Shown: positions 1 through 10,627, counted from the first letter of the stretch. The stretch: DNA of 64,000 bases from a virus (IMGVR_UViG_3300032250_000449:29053-93052), one strand, 5' to 3'. The notes: generated by a model from the letters alone, not told the origin. Translations and numbers: made by a program.

Positions 1-966
1 GTTACCCTTACCACGACGAGTACCCTTAGCGATTGCGTTAGCTTCACGCTCAACTTGGAACATTAGACCCTTGAACTTTTCAACTGACCAACGACCGTTT
101 GAGTCGGTGTCAAGATCGAAAACGCCCTGAGTTGTTGTACCTTCAGCAGCACCACGAACAGCAGAAATAACTACTGTACGGATAACTTCACGGTTGATTT
201 CAGCTAGAATTTCTGTTGACAGAATGTTTGAAAGTTCTGTCTCAGCGTCAAGACCATGAATTGCCTTAAGGTCTTGTGCTAGTTCTAGTGAGTATTCTGC
301 CTTTAGCGCACGGCTCTTAGCAGTTACAGAAACCTTCTCGATTGAGAAAGCCATTTCTGGGAATACTGCGTTTGCGCCTGAACCTAGACCTTCAGCAGCA
401 GAAGTCTTAATACCACCACCAAAGTTATAAAGGGTATTAGATGCGTTGCTATTCGCTGATGGATATAGACCAACGTTAAGGTTAGCACCACCAACATCAG
501 TTGCACCACCATAACCAGCATCACTTACTGACATGTTAGCACCACCACGACCTGAGAATGCAGTGTTAGCTTCATTGAAGAATGCTTCACCGCCACCTTG
601 TGTAGCATAACGTGCTCTCATTGCGAAGATAAGTCCTGTTGGACCTGTCATTGGCTGAACGCCGCAGATATCATAAGCAACAAGGTTTGGCATGGCACGA
701 CGAACTAGTGAGATAAGAACTGGATCGAATGTATCGATTGAACCTGATCCTTCACTTGATGAACCCATTGAGTTGATTGGCGCAGCTTCACTAAGGAAAC
801 CTGAACCACCCATACCAACAGAACGTGCTTCACGGATTGCGTTTTCTGTGTTTTCAAGAACTTGTGCAGTTACCGCACGGCGGTGACTGTCCTTGATTTC
901 TGGAAGATCAGTGTGTTCAAGCACTGGCTTCCACTTGTTTTGAATTTCTTCTGCTAGATAAGTCAT
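1..966 (-). CDS. gp23: Major capsid protein (5' part; runs off window start)
   Basis: Not in ORF track. Read manually from ATG at 966: MTYLAEEIQNKWKPVLEH...FLSEAAP...FDPVLISLVRRAMPNLVAYDICGVQPMTGPTGLIFAMR, the T4 gp23 signature. Lies downstream of gp22. Confidence 0.97.
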   Translation of the reverse strand, partial: MTYLAEEIQNKWKPVLEHTDLPEIKDSHRRAVTAQVLENTENAIREARSVGMGGSGFLSEAAPINSMGSSSEGSGSIDTFDPVLISLVRRAMPNLVAYDICGVQPMTGPTGLIFAMRARYATQGGGEAFFNEANTAFSGRGGANMSVSDAGYGGATDVGGANLNVGLYPSANSNASNTLYNFGGGIKTSAAEGLGSGANAVFPEMAFSIEKVSVTAKSRALKAEYSLELAQDLKAIHGLDAETELSNILSTEILAEINREVIRTVVISAVRGAAEGTTTQGVFDLDTDSNGRWSVEKFKGLMFQVEREANAIAKGTRRGKGN

Positions 967-1014
967 TTTTTTCTTCTCCCTTGAGTATTTTTTAAAAGCT
1001 TGTTTCAGCTATTA

Positions 1015-1022
1015 TATTTATA
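1015..1022 (-). promoter_or_regulatory. T4-type late promoter TATAAATA upstream of gp23
   Basis: Exact TATAAATA on minus strand in the gp22-gp23 intergenic region. Confidence 0.85.
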
Positions 1023-1035
1023 AAAACTTAGTTTT

Positions 1036-2151
1036 TCACTTTACAGACTTAGAAATTGCTTTCATGTAGTGCTGCATGTGAGCAGGAACGGTGGTTGTTT
1101 TATCATCTTCACCTATTTCACCATCGATTTCTTCAGTAATAAATCCTGTTGTCTTTGGTGTCTTTTTACCTGAAATATTTTCTTTAAGAATTGTTAGTTT
1201 TCTGTTATATGTTTGAGCATCAGTAAATTCGATGCCTTCAGCAAGTGTACGAAGCTTTTCTGCTTGAATTACAGAAAGTCCTTCTGAAATTTCGTCCAAA
1301 GCAGCTTCACGAGTCGCTTCATCGATGATTGCTTGTAGTTCAAGCTTTTCATCAAGTGTTTCGTTTAGCTTAAACTTAATTTCTTCAAGTTCAGACTTCA
1401 TTTCAGCTACTAGATCAATCTTTTCATCTGGAACACGAATATAATGCTCTGAGAATAGACCATGTAGACCTTCAATAAAATCTTCAGCAATTTCAGCACG
1501 TAGTGAATTTTCTACTGCAAGCTTGTTTTCTTCAAGCCATTCTTTAATTGCGTATTCAAGATATTGATCAAGCTTTTCTGTAAGATTTTCAAAAATTTGT
1601 GATGATTCTTCTTGAAGTTTTGTTTCAAACTCTTCTTCAAGAATAGCAACAGTTTCTTCGAATTCCTCTTGTAGCTGAGCTTCCTTTAGAGTTGCACGAA
1701 CATTTAGAGCAGCTTCAAAAATTGTGCTTGCCTTTTCTTTAAATTCTTCAGAAAGATCATTATCTGAAAAAATTTCATCCATGTCTTCTTTAACAGCACC
1801 ACCAGTTGCAGCAGATGGCTTAGTCTGAATTGTTGCAAGGTTTTGCTGAGAATTATCTACAGCACCGGGTGCTTGATTTGGACCAAACTGTGCTTGCACT
1901 TGATTAAATAAATCAGATAAATCTTCTTTACCTAGCTGTGCTAAGAGTTGTGTAAATGTTGAAAGCATCTGTGCCTTTGATTCTGTACCACCTGAACCAG
2001 CACCCGGTTTAAGAGTGTCAGCAGCAGTGCCCTCAGTTACGTTGATAATGATTTCTTGACTTGCTTCGTCTAGGTCATTGAACTCATCTTCAGTAAGATT
2101 TTGAGCAAATTCTAGAATTTCAGCTTCAGTCATAGTCTTTAGATCGACCAT
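1036..2151 (-). CDS. gp22: Prohead core scaffolding protein
   Basis: Acidic coiled coil with LSEEFKEKASTIFEAA and EWLEENKLAVE...FIEGLHGLFSEHYIRVPDEK motifs; between gp21 and gp23. Confidence 0.93.
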   Translation of the reverse strand: MVDLKTMTEAEILEFAQNLTEDEFNDLDEASQEIIINVTEGTAADTLKPGAGSGGTESKAQMLSTFTQLLAQLGKEDLSDLFNQVQAQFGPNQAPGAVDNSQQNLATIQTKPSAATGGAVKEDMDEIFSDNDLSEEFKEKASTIFEAALNVRATLKEAQLQEEFEETVAILEEEFETKLQEESSQIFENLTEKLDQYLEYAIKEWLEENKLAVENSLRAEIAEDFIEGLHGLFSEHYIRVPDEKIDLVAEMKSELEEIKFKLNETLDEKLELQAIIDEATREAALDEISEGLSVIQAEKLRTLAEGIEFTDAQTYNRKLTILKENISGKKTPKTTGFITEEIDGEIGEDDKTTTVPAHMQHYMKAISKSVK

Positions 2152-2184
2152 ATTTTACTCCCTTTGTGTAGTTTATAGTATTTA

Positions 2185-2862
2185 TTAAAATTTGATTTTT
2201 GACATATTTTCCAAGTAATTCTTGAAAATCTTCAATTTATTTTCTTCATTGAGTGATCTTGACTTAACTGATTGCTCAATTGTCTTTTTGGTTTGCTCAA
2301 TTAAATCGATGGCTTTCCATCCCATTTTTTCATCATAAATCCAATCTACTGATTCCATAACCCCGTTAACAAATGCATTTGGTGCAGAAGGATCAGCAAC
2401 AATGTCAGCAGCAGTAGCTAGTCTGAAATCATCTTGAACTTCATTAATGCCTTCTTTGTTAAGCACTAAAGAACCCATACCACGTGAAGAAACACCAAGA
2501 CGAGCACCAGATTCAATTAAACCCTTAGCAATATCGCCCATAGGAGTTTTAGTGATTAGTGCTTTACCAACGTAGGCAGTGCCTTCTTTACGAAGAGAAA
2601 CAATTCTATGTGAAACACGGTCTAAGTTAATCTGAGGACCATTTGGATGGCCTAGCTCACCCAAAGCACTGTTTAATTCAACGCTTTCTTTCATGTAACG
2701 AGCAACTTCACGGTCCATGATAGGTTCTGGATAAATACGACCATTACGGTTCTTAATTGCCGACTCAAGGAAAACCCCTTCAATATAGAGGTTTTTTGTT
2801 CCATCTTCTTTTGCTTCTGTAACGTACTTTACGTCTTCAAAAGTTTCTGTAATAAGTTTCAT
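2185..2862 (-). CDS. gp21: Prohead protease
   Basis: MKLITE start, NRNGRIYP, ALGELGHP, LGVSSRGMGSL, ADIVADPSAPNAFV. Confidence 0.97.
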   Translation of the reverse strand: MKLITETFEDVKYVTEAKEDGTKNLYIEGVFLESAIKNRNGRIYPEPIMDREVARYMKESVELNSALGELGHPNGPQINLDRVSHRIVSLRKEGTAYVGKALITKTPMGDIAKGLIESGARLGVSSRGMGSLVLNKEGINEVQDDFRLATAADIVADPSAPNAFVNGVMESVDWIYDEKMGWKAIDLIEQTKKTIEQSVKSRSLNEENKLKIFKNYLENMSKIKF

Positions 2863-2873
2863 TTAATTACCCC

Positions 2874-3266
2874 TTAATTCTGGAAGTATTGAGAGTTAGC
2901 GGTTAGGTTTCCAACCTTCTGCACTTCAAGGAAACAATAGGCATTATTTGTACCAACAAATCTAATACCAAGATTTGCTGATTGATCTACAGTAAGAGCC
3001 ATACCAGCACCAGCAAAATCAACGTATGTTGAAGTATCAACCGCCATGACAAGATTAGCACCTCTATATACAGCAAGACCACCATCAGCGGCACTACCAT
3101 CATGACCAAAATAAAGCTGAGTAATGTAAGCACCTGTTAGTACTTCATCACCAAGTGCAATTGCGCTTACAGTACTATTACCCGCCATAGTGAGTGTTGT
3201 ATTTGAATTTGTCACATGAATACTGGCAGAAGTACCTTTTTTATTTGATGTAATAGTTACAGCCAT
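2874..3266 (-). CDS. Hypothetical beta-rich protein in head operon (probable virion protein)
   Basis: 130-aa ORF tightly coupled between core-protein genes and gp21; no recognisable motif. Confidence 0.6.
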   Translation of the reverse strand: MAVTITSNKKGTSASIHVTNSNTTLTMAGNSTVSAIALGDEVLTGAYITQLYFGHDGSAADGGLAVYRGANLVMAVDTSTYVDFAGAGMALTVDQSANLGIRFVGTNNAYCFLEVQKVGNLTANSQYFQN

Positions 3267-4096
3267 TATTCACCCCTACTATTTTCTATAGCGAAGTCGA
3301 TAAGCTGATTAATGCCTTCGAAATCTTCGCATGTGTCAATCATTTTAAATTGGTTGTCTTCATTTAGATTCGTGAATAGTGAGAATAGAAGTGCAATATG
3401 ACTTTCTGAAAGACCATCAAGTTTCTTGGCAAGACGCTGTTCCATAGTAAGTGGCTTGATATCTGCTACTTCTGGCATGTACTTTTCGATAGTACGATTG
3501 ATGATATCTTCTTTGGTGAATGAAGATGACATGACATTCTTATTTCTAGGAAGTTTATTATCTGGCTTTCTATTGATCAAAGGCTTACCAGCATTATTGT
3601 CAGATGGCTTTCTATTGATCAAAGGCTTACCAGCATTATTGTCAGGTTCGACTGCTTCATTCATGCCACGAGACTTTTGAACTCTCTGATAAAGAGTATC
3701 ACCATGTTCATCACGAGGAACTGGATCATTCTTAGCCTTTGGTTTAGTTGCCTTCTGGAATGGCTTTTCACCTTCTGGATACTTGGCTGTGTCACCATAA
3801 CTATATTTGTATGTTCTCATTTCTTTTTTTGGCTTAGCAAATAACTTATCAATAATGCCTTCATCAAACATGTCTTCTTCGTATACTTTTTTATCATTGC
3901 TATCATCGTAACCATAGCGTGTCTTTTTACGATCAACAGGCTTGATATTTGTTGCCTTGAATACATCATCGCCATTGGCTTTACCATTGACTTCATTACG
4001 ATCTGGGTTTTCGGTAGTCACGTGCTTATTAACGAATTTCTCTTCGTCTGGTGATTTTGGCGTGAATAACTCAAACATTCTTTTAAGCGTACTCAT
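3266..4096 (-). CDS. Putative prohead core/internal protein (gp68-position)
   Basis: Charged 276-aa ORF in the gp67-gp68 position, with several x-x-E sites resembling gp21 cleavage sites and an internal 14-aa duplication. Confidence 0.55.
   Translation of the reverse strand: MSTLKRMFELFTPKSPDEEKFVNKHVTTENPDRNEVNGKANGDDVFKATNIKPVDRKKTRYGYDDSNDKKVYEEDMFDEGIIDKLFAKPKKEMRTYKYSYGDTAKYPEGEKPFQKATKPKAKNDPVPRDEHGDTLYQRVQKSRGMNEAVEPDNNAGKPLINRKPSDNNAGKPLINRKPDNKLPRNKNVMSSSFTKEDIINRTIEKYMPEVADIKPLTMEQRLAKKLDGLSESHIALLFSLFTNLNEDNQFKMIDTCEDFEGINQLIDFAIENSRGE
3563..3645. repeat. In-frame tandem duplication, two identical 41-nt copies, 42-nt period
   Basis: tggctttctattgatcaaaggcttaccagcattattgtcag at 3563-3603 and 3605-3645 (DNNAGKPLINRKP x2). 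Confidence 0.95.
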
Positions 4097-4361
4097 CTGT
4101 TCCGTCCTTTGTGTCTAAATCTAAATCGTCTAGGTCCAGATCAATATCATCTAAATCAAGATCATCGATATCTATAGTATCGTCATTATCAGTTTCGTTA
4201 TCTTCTTCTGGTGTTTCACCATAAATGCTATTTGCTAATTCAATCTTTTTATTTTCCAGCGCATCGACTGCCTTTTGACGTAATAGAGTGTCTAATACGT
4301 CAGCAAAGTCAACAGGATTTTTATCAATTGCTAGACCAATTAAATCAGTAGTATTTGTCAT
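4083..4361 (-). CDS. gp67: Prohead core protein, gp67-like (small, acidic)
   Basis: Directly downstream of portal; very acidic C-terminus. Start moved to ATG 4361 (MTNTTD) because an AAGGA SD and a GATAAATA promoter-like site (4392-4399) precede it. Confidence 0.7.
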   Translation of the reverse strand: MTNTTDLIGLAIDKNPVDFADVLDTLLRQKAVDALENKKIELANSIYGETPEEDNETDNDDTIDIDDLDLDDIDLDLDDLDLDTKDGTDEYA

Positions 4362-4397
4362 AAAATTTTTCCTTTTAGTCAATCTATTATATATTTA

Positions 4398-5984
4398 TCA
4401 CTTTTTATTATTTGAAGGATCGTTAGGATTTTTATCTCCATCACCTTCTACTGGCTCAGCATTTGGGTCTTGACCGTCTTGCATTTGCATCTCTGGTGGA
4501 TTATATTGAGGATTTTGCATCTCAGCTATAATCTGCTCATCAATTTCTTCTATTTCTTCGTCTGACTGTCTTAGAACCTTACGCCTAATCCATTCATGTG
4601 AATAATACTTACCAGCAAATGCCTCAATTTGTTGTAGGGTGTTTATACGACCAGCCAAAATTTCTGCTTCTTTCAACTCAGCAAAGTAATTGTCTTGAGC
4701 AAATTTAAAGCGAATTCTATTATTAATTTGATTCCATTCTTCAGGAGTGATAATACCCTTCAGAATAAGTTGGCGTTCAAGAATTTTTGTAAAAAGTATT
4801 GAAAACTTTATGCGAAGTCTGTTAATAAATTTTGCAAACTTTACTTCATCACGTGTGATTTCAGTTGCTCTACCAAAGTTAAACTGTGCTTCTGGATCAA
4901 GACGACTGATTGGAACATTCAATGATTTATAAAGTTTCTTTTGGAAGTAAATAACATCGTCCATCTGACCAAGGTTTTGTCCACCGGGAAGAGTTGTTAT
5001 TTCTGTTCCTTTACCACCTTCACGGCGAGGAAGCCAAAAATCTTCTAGCATGGTCATGAATTTACGATCATCTCTGATTTCGCCTGTGGCGCTATCATAG
5101 ACTAATTTGTTCTTGAACTTGGTCATGATATCACGTAGGTACTGCTCAGCCTTCATCTTAGGAAGGTTGCCTACGTCAATGTAGAAAATACGGCGTTCTG
5201 GTGCACGGCTGATACGATAAATTACCAGCGAATCTTCCATGGAACGAAGTTGGTTGAGAGGCTTGATTGCCTTGTGGAGATATGACTGTACTAAATCTCC
5301 GTTTAATGATGTTATACCTGAAGTACACTGTACTATAGAATCTTTAGCAATCTTAAGACCGCCAATACTATTTGTTGGTAGAGAAGCATTACCAGAAGTT
5401 TTCGCAAACCCTTTATCATTATAGATAAAGTATTCTTTATTCGTCTGATTAGCCATCTGATTATCTTCAAGCTTTTTTCTTCTTACTTCACGAACCTTAC
5501 GAATTTTACGTGGATCGATATATCGAAGTTCTTGAATACCAAGATTTTGTGCTTTTTCATCAATAATTGCATGGTAGTATAGTCTACCGTCAACATACCA
5601 GCGGCGAAATATTTCATATGATAATTGATTAAATTCAAGAAGATTGAGAACTTCTTTAAACTCTTCTACAAAAATTTTCTTGACTTTATCTGGTAGTTCT
5701 TCTATATCATCAAGAATAAGTTCAACGGGTTCTGTTTCTGGTTCTTGTGTAATAACTTCATTAACGATATCATCAATAGCCATGTCAACTTCAGGATGCA
5801 TTGACATTTCACGGTACTTATTAACGAGTTCTGCTTCGGTTCTAATAGAACCGTCTAGATCAACATAAGTGCCAAAAACACCACCTTCTGCTACAACAAC
5901 GGCCCCATCGTCTGTTTGCTTTGGAGCAAAAGAGATGGGTTCCGGTGTCTTTTTCTTTATTTCAAAACCAAATAATTCAGCCAC
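4398..5984 (-). CDS. gp20: Portal protein
   Basis: ELFGFEI, RRWYVDGRLYYH, YLHKAIKPLNQLRSMEDSLVIYRISRAPERRIFYIDVGNLPK, EDFWLPRREGGKGTEITTLPGG. Confidence 0.98.
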   Translation of the reverse strand: MAELFGFEIKKKTPEPISFAPKQTDDGAVVVAEGGVFGTYVDLDGSIRTEAELVNKYREMSMHPEVDMAIDDIVNEVITQEPETEPVELILDDIEELPDKVKKIFVEEFKEVLNLLEFNQLSYEIFRRWYVDGRLYYHAIIDEKAQNLGIQELRYIDPRKIRKVREVRRKKLEDNQMANQTNKEYFIYNDKGFAKTSGNASLPTNSIGGLKIAKDSIVQCTSGITSLNGDLVQSYLHKAIKPLNQLRSMEDSLVIYRISRAPERRIFYIDVGNLPKMKAEQYLRDIMTKFKNKLVYDSATGEIRDDRKFMTMLEDFWLPRREGGKGTEITTLPGGQNLGQMDDVIYFQKKLYKSLNVPISRLDPEAQFNFGRATEITRDEVKFAKFINRLRIKFSILFTKILERQLILKGIITPEEWNQINNRIRFKFAQDNYFAELKEAEILAGRINTLQQIEAFAGKYYSHEWIRRKVLRQSDEEIEEIDEQIIAEMQNPQYNPPEMQMQDGQDPNAEPVEGDGDKNPNDPSNNKK

Positions 5985-6003
5985 ATTATATCCTTATATT
6001 CAA

Positions 6004-6552
6004 TTAACTAAGTTGAGCCGGTCCACCAGATATGGTATAATAATCATATGCAAAAGTTACTTGGAATCTTTCAATTTCATCAGTTCTGTTCCAATCAAGA
6101 TCGATTGCAGAAATTTCTACTGGAAATAAACCAATAAAATTATATTGGCGTAGAATTTCTGTTTCTGATGACTTACCATATTGTAGAACTTGTGCATTTT
6201 GTTTATATCTGGAAGGATTAGAACCACCACCGGTATTCATAAGATTACCAGCAAGTGAATTTATTCTATTGTGCCATTCTTCCATTGCATGACGAATTTG
6301 AAAACTTTCGTCATTGATGATATTTACCTGCCAAGCATCAAAAGTTCTGTCGCCAGCAACTATCATCTTACGTCCCATATAAGGAACTTCAATTCTACCA
6401 AGATTTGATGCTGGTAGTGTAGTTGATTCAATCATAAAACTAGTTATTGTATTTATGCCGGGATTAAATGGAGTTGCTAAGTCTACTCTGAAAAGAGTAG
6501 GACGAGCGCCACCACCAACCAGTTTTTGCGAAAAACTATTTATATCAAACAT
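6004..6552 (-). CDS. gp19: Tail tube protein
   Basis: GGARPTLF, LPASNLG..EVPYMGR...AGDRTFDAW, IERFQVTFAYDY; follows gp18. Confidence 0.95.
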   Translation of the reverse strand: MFDINSFSQKLVGGGARPTLFRVDLATPFNPGINTITSFMIESTTLPASNLGRIEVPYMGRKMIVAGDRTFDAWQVNIINDESFQIRHAMEEWHNRINSLAGNLMNTGGGSNPSRYKQNAQVLQYGKSSETEILRQYNFIGLFPVEISAIDLDWNRTDEIERFQVTFAYDYYTISGGPAQLS

Positions 6553-6573
6553 TTCTTATGTTCTCCTTTATCT

Positions 6574-6581
6574 TATTTATA
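6574..6581 (-). promoter_or_regulatory. Late promoter TATAAATA upstream of gp19
   Basis: Exact consensus in the gp18-gp19 intergenic region. Confidence 0.85.
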
Positions 6582-6585
6582 CCGA

Positions 6586-8730
6586 TTAACCAACAATCTC
6601 AGAGAACTCAATGCCACTTCTAACAGCAACAAAGTTAAGCTGAATGTAGTTGATTGAACGTGCTGGCTTTACGTAAATATCGCCAACAAAACGATTGCTA
6701 TCAATTACCTGTGCTGTATTGTTGCTCTCATCACATACAACCTTGAAGTCATAGATACCACGACGACCTTGAACTTCTCTTAGGAAAGGTTCAACAAGAT
6801 TACGGAATTGTGCACGAGTGAATTCGTCGTTGAATTCAAACATTGATGATTGTGCAGCATTAGAAATTGTTTTTTCAAGAACAATGAATAGTCTGCGAAC
6901 ATTGATACGATCAAACGCACTTGGCTTAGGAAGTAGAGTTTTATCGCCAAATAGGAATGTTCCTTGACCTTGCTGTGAAATAACAGGGTTGACACCATTC
7001 TTGTATAGCAAATCTCTTTGTGCCTTGTTTGGATTGAACGCTAGTCTAACAATATTCTTGATTTGACCACGTGTTGTACCAGCGGGTGAATACCATGGAT
7101 CACGAGTAGCATCTGTACGTACACAAAGACCGGCAATATCACCGTTCAATGGAATGTAACGATATACATCATTATACTTGTCATATTGATACTTGTAACC
7201 ACTATCCATAATTGCATATGATGAATCTCTTACAGAAGTTCTAAATGTAACAACATCATCAGCAGCAGAAAGTGAATTGTTAACAACATCATCAATATCT
7301 GGTGAAACAAATACAACACAGTCCTTACGAACTTCAGCAATATTATCAATAACATAGTTTGCTAGTTGTGCTTTATTTGCAACACCACGTGCTTTACCTG
7401 TTATAATAAGCGAAACATCAGATTCTTCAGGAGCAACAAATAGATCATATGCTTTTGCTAGATCAGAAAACGCAACACCAGAAGCACCATCTGTCTCGTC
7501 CTTATCAGCACCACCAGCAAATGATAGAGTCAGCGGAGAAGGAACTGTGGTAGAATTTGTGGTCTGAACATTCAATGCAGTATTTGATGCAGCACCAGCA
7601 CGATCAGCGCCAGCCCAAATATACTGTGAACGACCGTTGATTACGTTCTTGTAGTAGTTTGATGTTCCGTCTGAAAGTTTAGCATCAGTTGCACGTGATA
7701 CACCTGAGAATACTTCAAGAACAGAACCCGGTGAATTTGTGAATTGACCGTCTTCATCAATTACAACAACATGCATTTCATCTAGTTGTGCAGTATTGCT
7801 AGCAGTTTGTGCAGCAGTATTACCGTTTAGAGAAACCCAAGTAGAACGACCGGGTGCCGAATCAACTTGTGTGTAATATTCCCAATAACGTGTCACAAAT
7901 GGTGATGAGAAGTTAGATGCTAGTTTCATTGGCTGATCAAATTTAAATGTAATTGATGCAGAACCAGTATTTACACCAGCGTTATTAACTACAAGTAAAG
8001 TTTTACCAATAATTTTCAGAGATTGTGTACCAACTGTGCTGTCACCAACAACAATATAATCACCAATACTGAACTTATTTGATATAGCAACGGCATTTGA
8101 ATATGGTGTATTACCAGTAAAGTTTTCTGCACTGCTGTTATATAGATAAAGTTCACCAGTTGTGTTACCAACATTTAGAGTGAATACTGTGTTTGTACTG
8201 TTAAATTTTTCGTCTGATGTTCTAACAGCAACATTAGTTGAATATTGTGTTGGGTTATCACATACTGATACCTTAAGGCTGTTACCCATTGCACCGGGAC
8301 AACGAGCAATATAAGTTACTTCTGAACCATTGATAGATGATTGTTTTGTTGTGAAATCATATTCGTTTAGAATGGTGTATTGTGCACCCGCAGTGATTGT
8401 AGCTTGAGTGTTTGCTACACCAAATGCTGATGTTGTTACGCTTGCATTTGCTGCACGACTAATGTATAGAGCATTAGAATATGATAGGAAGTTAGCAGCA
8501 GTGAAGAATGTTTCTGGGTTAATTGATGTTGGTCTACCAAACTTATTAACCAGATCGTTTTCAGAAGTTACAAGTGTACGAACACCCACTGGACCCCAAC
8601 GAAACACACCAGCAAAAGCACCAACTGTGGTGTCTACAGCAGGAGTTACTGTTGTAAGATCAATTTCTGAAATGTTGATGCCGGGACTAGTCTGAAAACC
8701 ACCACCTGAACCAAAATTTTGTACGGCCAT
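6586..8730 (-). CDS. gp18: Tail sheath protein
   Basis: SPGINISEIDLT, GVFRWGP, YKYQYDKYNDVYRYIPLNGDIAGLC, FDRINVRRLF, KPARSINYIQLNF. Confidence 0.98.
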   Translation of the reverse strand: MAVQNFGSGGGFQTSPGINISEIDLTTVTPAVDTTVGAFAGVFRWGPVGVRTLVTSENDLVNKFGRPTSINPETFFTAANFLSYSNALYISRAANASVTTSAFGVANTQATITAGAQYTILNEYDFTTKQSSINGSEVTYIARCPGAMGNSLKVSVCDNPTQYSTNVAVRTSDEKFNSTNTVFTLNVGNTTGELYLYNSSAENFTGNTPYSNAVAISNKFSIGDYIVVGDSTVGTQSLKIIGKTLLVVNNAGVNTGSASITFKFDQPMKLASNFSSPFVTRYWEYYTQVDSAPGRSTWVSLNGNTAAQTASNTAQLDEMHVVVIDEDGQFTNSPGSVLEVFSGVSRATDAKLSDGTSNYYKNVINGRSQYIWAGADRAGAASNTALNVQTTNSTTVPSPLTLSFAGGADKDETDGASGVAFSDLAKAYDLFVAPEESDVSLIITGKARGVANKAQLANYVIDNIAEVRKDCVVFVSPDIDDVVNNSLSAADDVVTFRTSVRDSSYAIMDSGYKYQYDKYNDVYRYIPLNGDIAGLCVRTDATRDPWYSPAGTTRGQIKNIVRLAFNPNKAQRDLLYKNGVNPVISQQGQGTFLFGDKTLLPKPSAFDRINVRRLFIVLEKTISNAAQSSMFEFNDEFTRAQFRNLVEPFLREVQGRRGIYDFKVVCDESNNTAQVIDSNRFVGDIYVKPARSINYIQLNFVAVRSGIEFSEIVG

Positions 8731-8774
8731 TTATATCTCCTTTGAAAGATTTTATTGTATGTTCTACATGTTTA

Positions 8775-8782
8775 TATTTATA
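8775..8782 (-). promoter_or_regulatory. Late promoter TATAAATA upstream of gp18
   Basis: Exact consensus between terL-C and gp18. Confidence 0.85.
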
Positions 8783-8793
8783 AAATATCGGAT

Positions 8794-9960
8794 TTAGAAG
8801 AACATCAAATCTCTGTTCGGATTACGAACTAAATCAATTATTTCATCATCAGGTTGGCCATCGTCCATAAATCCAAATGGTGTCAGATCGTTCTCTAATT
8901 CTTCTTCTGTTTTATCTCTTAATTTCATTAATGTGTTAATATCAGTTAATTCTTTGAAATACTGTTGGTCGGTCATCCATGCGAATAGTACCAAACCCAT
9001 TACTAGATCATCATTACATCCCGGCTCAGCTTCGTAAGATGTTCCTTTTTTAGAAAATCTAGATAATTCGTGGATCGTGTCGTGATCGTTTATGATCAAT
9101 TGTCTCTGTTCGACTAAAAGCTTCAGCATAGAACAACCAATAGCTTTTACAGTCTTGGTTGTTCTAATTCCTCTATCAATCCCGCTTCCTTTACCAAAAC
9201 CAGTTGATATTCTTTTTCCTCTTGCGCCAGCATTTTCTGTATATACAATAGTTTCACACTCATAATCATAATATAATGAATCAGCGACTTGTGCGCCAAC
9301 ATCATTAATTTCTACTAGGATCGTAGCATTATTATATGCTCTTGAAGTCCTGTATATTGTTCCGCTATAATCAAGCGGTGTTACCATGTTGTTTTTGTAT
9401 GTGCATACTTGTTGGTATGGCATAGTTGTAACATCGATTACCTGAAATGCAGAGTAATCTAGTCCTTTTCCTCTTGACACATCGACAACGATAACATAGC
9501 TATGATCTTTTATTGGATCATAGTATTTATTCAAGCCGTCATGGGAATAATTTGCATTTTGAGAAACAAGTGTCTTTAAAACAGCACCAGAAATGAGTGT
9601 ACCTGATGAACCAAGGAATTGACAATTATGACTGACAATACCATTAGTATAGTATTCGTGGTGTTTCTCAACTTCTAGAATATCATAAACAAATTCTTTT
9701 TGATGAAGAGATTTGTGTACATTGATAACCGGATCATACCCATCCTTAGTTGATAATAAATCATTATCATCAAGGCATTGGGCGGCTACAAACCCCCATG
9801 AAGTTTTTACAGGATGATCCAAAGTACATTTTAGTGTTTTTCCACTAAAAGTTGTGATGTCAGCGATGCCACTTTTAGTGGATTTTTTAACTCCAGAAAA
9901 TACAGACCAACCAGAAGGAGTAAGTATTTCATATCTATTATTAACAGCGAGTTCTTTCAC
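8794..9960 (-). CDS. gp17: Terminase large subunit C-terminal part (nuclease) fused to split-intein C-fragment
   Basis: GTG start with AGAGGA SD. First 112 aa are intein-like, ending YYTNGIVSHN/C. Then QFLGSSGTLI...VDVSRGKGLDYS...NDDLVMGL (RNase H-like terminase nuclease). Confidence 0.95.
   Translation of the reverse strand: MKELAVNNRYEILTPSGWSVFSGVKKSTKSGIADITTFSGKTLKCTLDHPVKTSWGFVAAQCLDDNDLLSTKDGYDPVINVHKSLHQKEFVYDILEVEKHHEYYTNGIVSHNCQFLGSSGTLISGAVLKTLVSQNANYSHDGLNKYYDPIKDHSYVIVVDVSRGKGLDYSAFQVIDVTTMPYQQVCTYKNNMVTPLDYSGTIYRTSRAYNNATILVEINDVGAQVADSLYYDYECETIVYTENAGARGKRISTGFGKGSGIDRGIRTTKTVKAIGCSMLKLLVEQRQLIINDHDTIHELSRFSKKGTSYEAEPGCNDDLVMGLVLFAWMTDQQYFKELTDINTLMKLRDKTEEELENDLTPFGFMDDGQPDDEIIDLVRNPNRDLMFF
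9625..9960 (-). other. Split intein C-fragment (IntC, 112 aa)
   Basis: ILTPSG, block B CTLDH (TxxH), block F VYDI..V...H.YYTNG, block G VSHN followed by Cys+1. Confidence 0.93.
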
Positions 9961-10618
9961 CTGTTATATATCCTCTGATTAATTGACTTGTAGTGCCAAA
10001 CTGTTCTGCGAAATATTTCGCATATAGGGTTACTTTATTTAATTTTTTTCCGTTTGATGATGTAAGTATAGAATAATCGACACCTGAAACCACCTTACAT
10101 CTGTCTGTTTTTTTCACAGATGCTTTGATAAATTCATTATCAAACACAATAGTGTCATTATTGAATGAATGTATTATGAATGCCAATTGTTCATCAGTAA
10201 TTTTTTTAGTCGTAGATTTGCCTTTACGCTGTTCACTGAATAATTTTTTTGTTTTTTCACTATGATGTTTTCCTTTAATCCAAGGAATTCTTCCTTTGGC
10301 AGTTTCACTCATTTTCTTTCTTGATTGTTTGGTAAATTTATAACCAAAGGTATTAAATTTACAATCCTCATTAAGTCCTTTACCAGTAGGGGTCATATTT
10401 AATCCGTGGGAATATGTATCATATAGATTTATATAATATTCTTCCAATTCCTCAGCTTGATCATAAGAATCTCCCTCCCAAAGTATTTCAATTGCACTAA
10501 TACCACATTCAAATCTTTTTGATTTTTTATGCTGATAAAGTCTTTGTTTTGTATTTACGGTGATACCAACATATTCTAATCCGTCAGTTCTCGTAATCTT
10601 ATATACTGAGACAGTCAT
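9941..10618 (-). mobile_element. Free-standing GIY-YIG homing endonuclease with NUMOD3-like motifs, inserted inside the fractured terL
   Basis: SVYKITRTDGLEYVGIT (GIY-YIG variant), QRLYQH, LEEYYI, GLNMTPTG; KFTKQSRKKMS and KHHSEKTKKLFS NUMOD3-like motifs. Confidence 0.88.
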
Positions 10619-10627
10619 ATTTTTTAT

